A stretch of 64,000 bases of DNA from Flectonema sp. DT1601 (Eukaryota), in the NCBI GenBank assembly GCA_964019425.1, contig OZ025799.1:124001-188000 (forward strand). The letters run 5' to 3'. Made by a program: the position numbers and the translations under genes. Shown here piece after piece: positions 56,801 through 64,000 of this stretch. The first letter of the stretch is position 1, and every line of letters starts with the position of its first letter. The notes under the pieces are model-generated. The model saw nothing but the letters and a program-made list of their open reading frames with translations, was not told the origin of the DNA and made no database searches.

Positions 56801-59800
56801 CTGAGTCCGTTGGAGGACTTCCCCGGATAGGAATCTCAAGACACAGTTAATATAAAGCGAAGGATCAGTACAGGGACCGTGGCCAAAGACCACTGGGTTA
56901 CCTACGAGCCATGAAGCTCTGCGGATGTCCTCAGTGAAATTAGGGGATGATTAAGGAGTGTCATAAGGGAGAATGATACTAATGAATTAGCTACTACCAG
57001 TCAGTTAAAAGATTAGATAAAATCACCGCGATTCACTCCGTGACTTGAGTTAGAAAATAAAGTTCATATTCCATACCGTAATCACTCCTCCAGCATTCGT
57101 CAGAGACACCTGAGTGACGTCTTGGCTTCCGTCAGCTCCAGGTGCTGCAAAACCAGTAGAAATAATTCTGTCAGAAATCTTCGTCGCATCAAATGCAATT
57201 GGATCGATCCCAGTCATACCTCCCGAAGTAGTAGCAGCTCTGAATCCAATCGCTCCATACCCGGCAGTAGTGGCTGCGACATTGAACTGGATAACATCAA
57301 CTCCGTTAGCCATCCCGATCTCGTAGTTGATAACAACATTAGCATTACCTGTAACAATTGGGAATGGACCACACGAAGAAGTGAATGGTGCTGCTGGTGC
57401 AGCTGTTGGTACAGCAGTAGGGACGGCAGTTGGAGGTACTCCTGGGGTATTAGTCGGGACAGCTGTTGGCACAAGAGTAGGGACTGCAGTTGCCACACAA
57501 GCATCGAGAGTAATATCAGCCTGTCCTCTCTGTCCAGGTGTGTGGTTTACCCATCCACCGTCAACGGCTCCAGTACCGAATGCCCACACGAAGTTGAGTG
57601 CTCCTCCCTTAGTCAGAGTCATATCTCCCGCAGCATCACCAGTGTTCAGTGAACGATAGAATACAGCCTGTTGTTTTATTTGGAGTTATAAAGGATTCGT
57701 TTTCTCAATTAGACAACAAGAGATTAGATAAAATCACCGCGATTCACTCCGTGACTTGAGTTAGAAAATAGAGTTCATATTCCATACCGTAATCACTCCT
57801 CCAGCATTCGTCAGAGACACCTGAGTGACGTCTTGGCTTCCGTCAGCTCCAGGTGCTGCAAAACCAGTAGAAATAATTCTGTCAGAAATCTTCGTAGCAT
57901 CAAATGCGATTGGATCGATCCCAGTCATACCTCCTGAAGTAGTAGCAGCTCTGAATCCAATCGCTCCATATCCGGCAGTAGTGGCTGCGACATTGAACTG
58001 GATAACATCAACTCCGTTAGCCATCCCGATCTCGTAGTTGATAACAATATTAGCATTACCTGTAACAATTGGGAATGGACCACACGAAGAAGTGAATGGT
58101 GCTGCTGGTGCAGCTGTTGGTACAGCAGTAGGGACGGCAGTTGGAGGTACTCCTGGGGTATTAGTCGGGACAGCTGTTGGCACAAGAGTAGGGACCGCAG
58201 TTGCCACACAAGCATCGAGAGTAATATCAGCCTGTCCTCTCTGTCCAGGTGTGTGGTTTACCCATCCACCGTCAACGGCTCCAGTACCGAATGCCCACAC
58301 GAAGTTGAGTGCTCCTCCCTTAGTCAGAGTCATATCTCCCGCAGCATCACCAGTGTTCAGTGAACGATAGAATACAGCCTGTTGTTTTATTTAAATTTAT
58401 AAAGGATTCGTTTTCTTAATTGGACAACAGACAATAAGAAAAACTCACTGCAATTTATTCCGTGGCTCGAGTTAGAAACCCTTCAGATAAACTTTATATT
58501 TCGTTGATCGCACCATAGGGACCACTTACAGATAAATGACAGGAAGAAAAACAAATTGTGAATATTTAGCCAAAAAATTACATTGATAAGGTAAACTAGG
58601 TCCACATCACAACCCTTTGGTTCACCGTGTTTAATCCCTCTGCACGCTAGGACTTGGAATCTACCCAGCTGCAGTTCACTTGCAGATCAGCTGCCCAGCT
58701 GTCTCCACGAGGAGGTGATCCAGGGATTATTCCCTACCCCTCGGAGCATCACATACTCCTGAAAAAAGTACTGGCAGCTCTCCAGGCAGTTCGACTCGCT
58801 ACTGTGAGAACCGGTCACTTGCCGATAACACAGCAGCTGTCCCTTGCGTAGTGTCTTCCTTCGAATCACCCAACATAAAGAAGTCGCCCGCCCAAGCCAC
58901 TCCGTCAAACTCCCGAATCATAACTATCGCCGAGCGATAGGCGCCTAATACACAGCCCACAGCTTCGCTCACTGTGATTCATTCCGTAACTTGAGTTAGA
59001 AACCATTAACATAAACTTTTTATTTTGTTGATCGCAGACAGCATTACCGCCGCACGGGGAAATAGATAACATTACATAATAAAGAATGGCTCCTTTTCTG
59101 AACGGTTTCTCCTCCGACGTCTTCAGTGTAACAAATAAAGCTCACTGCGATTCACTCCGTGACTTGAGTTAGAAAATAAAGTTTATATTCCATACCGTAA
59201 TCACTCCTCCAGCATTCGTCAGAGACACCTGAGTGACGTCTTGGCTTCCGTCAGCTCCAGGTGCTGCAAAACCAGTAGAAATAATTCTGTCAGAAATCTT
59301 CGTCGCATCAAATGCGATTGGATCGATCCCAGTCATACCTCCTGAAGTAGTAGCAGCTCTGAATCCAATCGCTCCATATCCGGCAGTAGTGGCTGCGACA
59401 TTGAACTGGATAACATCAACTCCGTTAGCCATCCCGATCTCGTAGTTGATAACAACATTAGCATTACCTGTAACAATTGGGAATGGACCACACGAAGAAG
59501 TGAATGGTGCTGCTGGTGCAGCTGTTGGCACAGCAGTAGGGACGGCAGTTGGAGGTACTCCTGGGGTATTAGTCGGGACAGCTGTTGGCGCAACTGTTGG
59601 GACTGCAGTTACCACACAAGCATCGAGAGTAATATCAGCCTGTCCTCTCTGTCCAGGTGTGTGGTTTACCCATCCACCGTCAACGGCACCAGTACCGAAT
59701 GCCCACACGAAGTTGAGTGCTCCTCCCTTAGTCAGAGTCATATCTCCCGCAGCATCACCAGTGTTCAGTGAACGATAGAATACAGCCTGTTGTTTTATTT

Positions 59801-62800
59801 GGATTTATAAAGGATTCGTTTTCTCAATTAAACAACAAAAGATTAGATAAAATCACTACGATTCCCTCCGTGACTTGAGTTAGAAAATAAAGTTCATATT
59901 CCATACCGTAATCACTCCTCCAGCATTCGTCAGAGACACCTGAGTGACGTCTTGGCTTCCGTCAGCTCCAGGTGCTGCAAAACCAGTAGAAATAATTCTG
60001 TCAGAAATCTTCGTCGCATCAAATGCGATTGGATCGATCCCAGTCATACCTCCTGAAGTAGTAGCAGCTCTGAATCCAATCGCTCCATATCCGGCAGTAG
60101 TGGCTGCGACATTGAACTGGATAACATCAACTCCGTTAGCCATCCCGATCTCGTAGTTGATAACAACATTAGCATTACCTGTAACAATTGGGAATGGACC
60201 ACACGAAGAAGTGAATGGTGCTGCTGGTGCAGCTGTTGGTACAGCAGTAGGGACGGCAGTTGGAGGTACTCCTGGGGCATTAGTCGGGACAGCTGTTGGC
60301 GCAACTGTTGGGACCGCAGTTACCACACAAGCATCGAGAGTAATATCCGCCTGTCCTCTCTGTCCAGGTGTGTGGTTTACCCATCCACCGTCAACGGCTC
60401 CAGTACCGAATGCCCACACGAAGTTGAGTGCTCCTCCCTTAGTCAGAGTCATATCACCCGCAGCATCACCAGTGTTCAGCGAGCGGAAGAATACAGCCTG
60501 TTGTTTTATTTAAAATTATAGAGGCTACACGTTCTTAATTAGACAACAAAAGATTAGATAAAATTATTATGATTCACTCCGTGACTTGAGTTAGAAAATA
60601 AAGTTCATATTCCATACCGTAATCACTCCTCCAGCATTCGTCAGAGACACCTGAGTGACGTCTTGGCTTCCGTCAGCTCCAGGTGCTGCAAAACCAGTAG
60701 AAATAATTCTGTCAGAAATCTTCGTCGCATCAAATGCAATTGGATCGATCCCAGTCATACCTCCTGAAGTAGTAGCAGCTCTGAATCCAATCGCTCCATA
60801 TCCGGCAGTAGTGGCTGCGACATTGAACTGGATAACATCAACTCCGTTAGCCATCCCGATCTCGTAGTTGATAACAATATTAGCATTACCTGTAACAATT
60901 GGGAATGGACCACACGAAGAAGTGAATGTTGCTGCTGGTGCAGCTGTTGGCACAAGAGTAGGGACAGCTGTTGGGACTGCAGTTGCCACACAAGCATCGA
61001 GAGTAATATCAGCCTGTCCTCTCTGTCCAGGTGTGTGGTTTACCCATCCACCGTCAACGGCTCCAGTACCGAATGCCCACACGAAGTTGAGTGCTCCTCC
61101 CTTAGTCAGAGTCATATCTCCCGCGGCATCACCAGTGTTCAGTGAACGATAGAATACAGCCTGTTGTTTTATTTGGATTTACAAACTACACTACAAATTA
61201 GAATGATATTGATCTCATCACTCTTATGAAAGCTGAGTAACTACACTCACAGGTCTTATAAACTTTCTTGCTAACTTATTTGACAGTTAAACGTCAACAG
61301 AAAAAAGAAGGGGAAGGGGGAAATAAATTAAAAAAAAACTGTTGAGAATGTTAATACTACACGAAATTGATTTTAAACGAAAGCTGGACTTTTAATTATC
61401 TTCGAGGCTCAAGGGATTGATAACTAATTCCAATTAACAACGAACGCTTTGTACAATCCTCATACACCAAACAGGTTTATGTTTACTCAAGAGTCAAGAG
61501 AAGCATATGAAACTTTTCAGCGGGAGGGAAACTCCAGCAACAGGAGTTAGTATTCGGAAGTCGTTAGGCATCCATTCATGAAGCTGAAGGATACCAGGAC
61601 TAGTAGTACACATTAAGGAATTATAAAGGATTCGTTTTCTTAATTAGACAACAAAAGATTAGATAAAATCACTGCGATTCACTCTGTGACTTGAGTTAGA
61701 AAATAAAGTTCATATTCCATACCGTAATCACTCCTCCAGCATTCGTCAGAGACACCTGAGTGACGTCTTGGCTTCCGTCAGCTCCAGGTGCTGCAAAACC
61801 AGTAGAAATAATTCTGTCAGAAATCTTCGTAGCATCAAATGCGATTGGATCGATCCCAGTCATACCTCCTGAAGTAGTAGCAGCTCTGAATCCAATCGCT
61901 CCATATCCGGCAGTAGTGGCTGCGACATTAAACTGGATAACATCAACTCCGCTAGCCATCCCGATCTCGTAGTTGATAACAATATTAGCATTACCTGTAA
62001 CAATTGGGAATGGACCACACGAAGAAGTGAATGCTCCTGCTGGTGCAGCTGTTGGCACAAGAGTAGGGACAGCTGTTGGGACTGCAGTTACTACACAAGC
62101 ATCGAGAGTAATATCAGCCTGTCCTCTCTGTCCAGGTGTGTGGTTTACCCATCCACCGTCAACGGCTCCAGTACCGAATGCCCACACGAAGTTGAGTGCT
62201 CCTCCCTTAGTCAGAGTCATATCACCCGCAGCATCACCAGTGTTCAGTGAACGATAGAATACAGCCTGTTGTTTTATTTAAATTTATAGAGGCTACACGT
62301 TCTTAATTAGACAACAAAAGATTAGATAAAATCATTATGATTCACTCCGTGACTTGAGTTAGAAAATAAAGTTCATATTCCATACCGTAATCACTCCTCC
62401 AGCATTCGTCAGAGACACCTGAGTGACGTCTTGGCTTCCGTCAGCTCCAGGTGCTGCAAAACCAGTAGAAATAATTCTGTCAGAAATCTTCGTCGCATCA
62501 AATGCGATTGGATCGATCCCAGTCATACCTCCTGAAGTAGTAGCAGCTCTGAATCCTATCGCTCCATATCCGGCAGTAGTGGCTGCGACATTGAACTGGA
62601 TAACATCAACTCCGCTAGCCATCCCGATCTCGTAGTTGATAACAATATTAGCATTACCTGTAACAATTGGGAATGGACCACACGAAGAAGTGAATGTTCC
62701 TGCTGGTGCAGCTGTTGGCACAAGAGTAGGGACAGCTGTTGGGACTGCAGTTACCACACAAGCATCGAGAGTAATATCAGCCTGTCCTCTCTGTCCAGGT

Positions 62801-64000
62801 GTGTGGTTTACCCATCCACCGTCAACGGCTCCAGTACCGAATGCCCACACGAAGTTGAGTGCTCCTCCCTTAGTCAGAGTCATATCTCCCGCAGCATCAC
62901 CAGTGTTCAGTGAACGATAGAATACAGCCTGTTGTTTTATTTAAATTTATAGAGGCTACACGTTCTTAATTAGACAACAAAAGATTAGATAAAATCATTA
63001 TGATTCACTCCGTGACTTGAGTTAGAAAATAAAGTTCATATTCCATACCGTAATCACTCCTCCAGCATTCGTCAGAGACACCTGAGTGACGTCTTGGCTT
63101 CCGTCAGCTCCAGGTGCTGCAAAACCAGTAGAAATAATTCTGTCAGAAATCTTCGTCGCATCAAATGCGATTGGATCGATCCCAGTCATACCTCCTGAAG
63201 TAGTAGCAGCTCTGAATCCAATCGCTCCATATCCGGCAGTAGTGGCTGCGACATTGAACTGGATAACATCAACTCCGTTAGCCATCCCGATCTCGTAGTT
63301 GATAACAACATTAGCATTACCTGTAACAATTGGGAATGGACCACACGAAGAAGTGAATGTTGCTGCTGGTGCAGCTGTTGGCACAAGAGTAGGGACAGCT
63401 GTTGGGACTGCAGTTGCCACACAAGCATCGAGAGTAATATCAGCCTGTCCTCTCTGTCCAGGTGTGTGGTTTACCCATCCACCGTCAACGGCTCCAGTAC
63501 CGAATGCCCACACGAAGTTGAGTGCTCCTCCCTTAGTCAGAGTCATATCACCCGCAGCATCACCAGTGTTCAGTGAACGATAGAATACAGCCTGTTGTTT
63601 TATTTAAATTTATAGAGGCTACACGTTCTTAATTAGACAACAAAAGATTAGATAAAATCATTATAATTCACTCCGTGACTTGAGTTAGAAAATAAAGTTC
63701 ATATTCCATACCGTAATCACTCCTCCAGCATTCGTCAAAGACACCTGAGTGACGTCTTGGCTTCCGTCAGCTCCAGGTGCTGCAAAACCAGTAGAAATAA
63801 TTCTGTCAGAAATCTTCGTCGCATCAAATGCGATTGGATCGATCCCAGTCATACCTCCTGAAGTAGTAGCAGCTCTGAATCCAATCGCTCCATATCCGGC
63901 AGTAGTGGCTGCGACATTGAACTGGATAACATCAACTCCGTTAGCCATCCCGATCTCGTAGTTGATAACAATATTAGCATTACCTGTAACAATTGGGAAT
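53811..64000 (-). CDS. Type I membrane protein with at least 12 DOMON domains and Pro/Thr linkers; 5' end outside the window
   Basis: Exons >64000-63712, 63591-63049, 62928-62386, 62265-61723, 61160-60618, 60497-59907, 59786-59196, 58378-57788, 57667-57077, 56649-56059, 55938-55183, 55115-53811. All introns are GTATG..ACAG, phase 0. DOMON motifs GYGAIGF, GGMTGID, FYRSL, FVWAFG, WVNH; single TM ILIWILIGVGVALLCIGGIGYMAY. Confidence 0.85.
54560..54945 (-). repeat. 72-bp coding repeat (PTAVPTAVPPTPLPAGQTYG-type linker)
   Basis: ggcagtagg recurs at 54627, 54699, 54771 and 54843. Confidence 0.88.
56708..57006. mobile_element. 299-bp intronic insertion with 8-bp target-site duplication
   Basis: AAAAGATT at 56700-56707 and 57007-57014. 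Sister introns carry this 8-mer once, and 120+299+8 = 427, the observed intron length. Confidence 0.8.
58430..59140. mobile_element. Composite ~0.7-kb intronic insertion/rearrangement with a GC-rich core
   Basis: Intron 58379-59195 is 817 nt versus 120 nt in sisters. The motif ctcactg..att.a.tccgt..ct.gagttagaaa appears three times (~58444, ~58968, ~59141). Confidence 0.55.
61182..61620. mobile_element. ~440-bp intronic insertion flanked by a short direct repeat
   Basis: Intron 61161-61722 is 120+442 nt. TTA at 61179-61181 and 61621-61623 (or imperfect GGATTTA/GGAATTA) flanks sequence absent from sister introns. Confidence 0.65.

Larger units (their letters stand above)
55939..64000 (-). repeat. 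Tandem exon+intron array (591- or 543-nt exon plus 120-nt intron)
   Basis: Nine complete units and one partial unit, near-identical; base period 711 or 663 bp; three introns are enlarged by insertions. Confidence 0.95.

Noticed and set aside
55939..64000. CRISPR-like or multi-gene reading of the regular repeats (separate 174/190-aa genes)
   Set aside because: There are no unique spacers. Each ORF starts and ends mid-domain, and GTATG/ACAG sites join them in frame into complete DOMON domains.

Overview
This is eukaryotic nuclear DNA. All 13 supported protein-coding genes lie on the minus strand. They have short GT-AG introns, AT/homopolymer-rich spacers and a pyrimidine-rich YAG a few nt upstream of each visible start codon. 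That layout suggests a polycistronic, spliced-leader trans-splicing protist, most plausibly a diplonemid euglenozoan; this taxonomy is inference only. Genes, left to right: Sec24 (runs off the left edge); a UBA/CUE/ankyrin protein; a PqiA-like membrane protein carrying seven ShK-like Cys modules; a small hypothetical protein; a 4-exon HMG-box protein with a mitochondrial-type leader; a tandemly duplicated DOMON-cytochrome b561 pair (a 3283-aa version with 10 DOMON domains and a ~138 x 8-aa stalk, and a 695-aa version); an IQ-ankyrin-LRR protein; a degenerate small GTPase with an EF-hand; an SLC35F/EamA transporter; a 1450-aa 7-TM receptor-like protein; a 2OG-Fe(II) oxygenase; and a type I membrane protein with at least 12 DOMON domains built from near-identical phase-0 exons (runs off the right edge). 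Three observations stand out. (1) Two independently amplified surface arrays of Met/His DOMON domains, one tied to a transmembrane cytochrome b561, are a candidate extracellular multi-heme system. (2) Cis-intron acceptors are A-rich, whereas the putative trans-splice acceptors are U-rich. (3) Three separate insertions sit in otherwise homogenised 120-nt introns. All domain calls are by eye; no searches were run.
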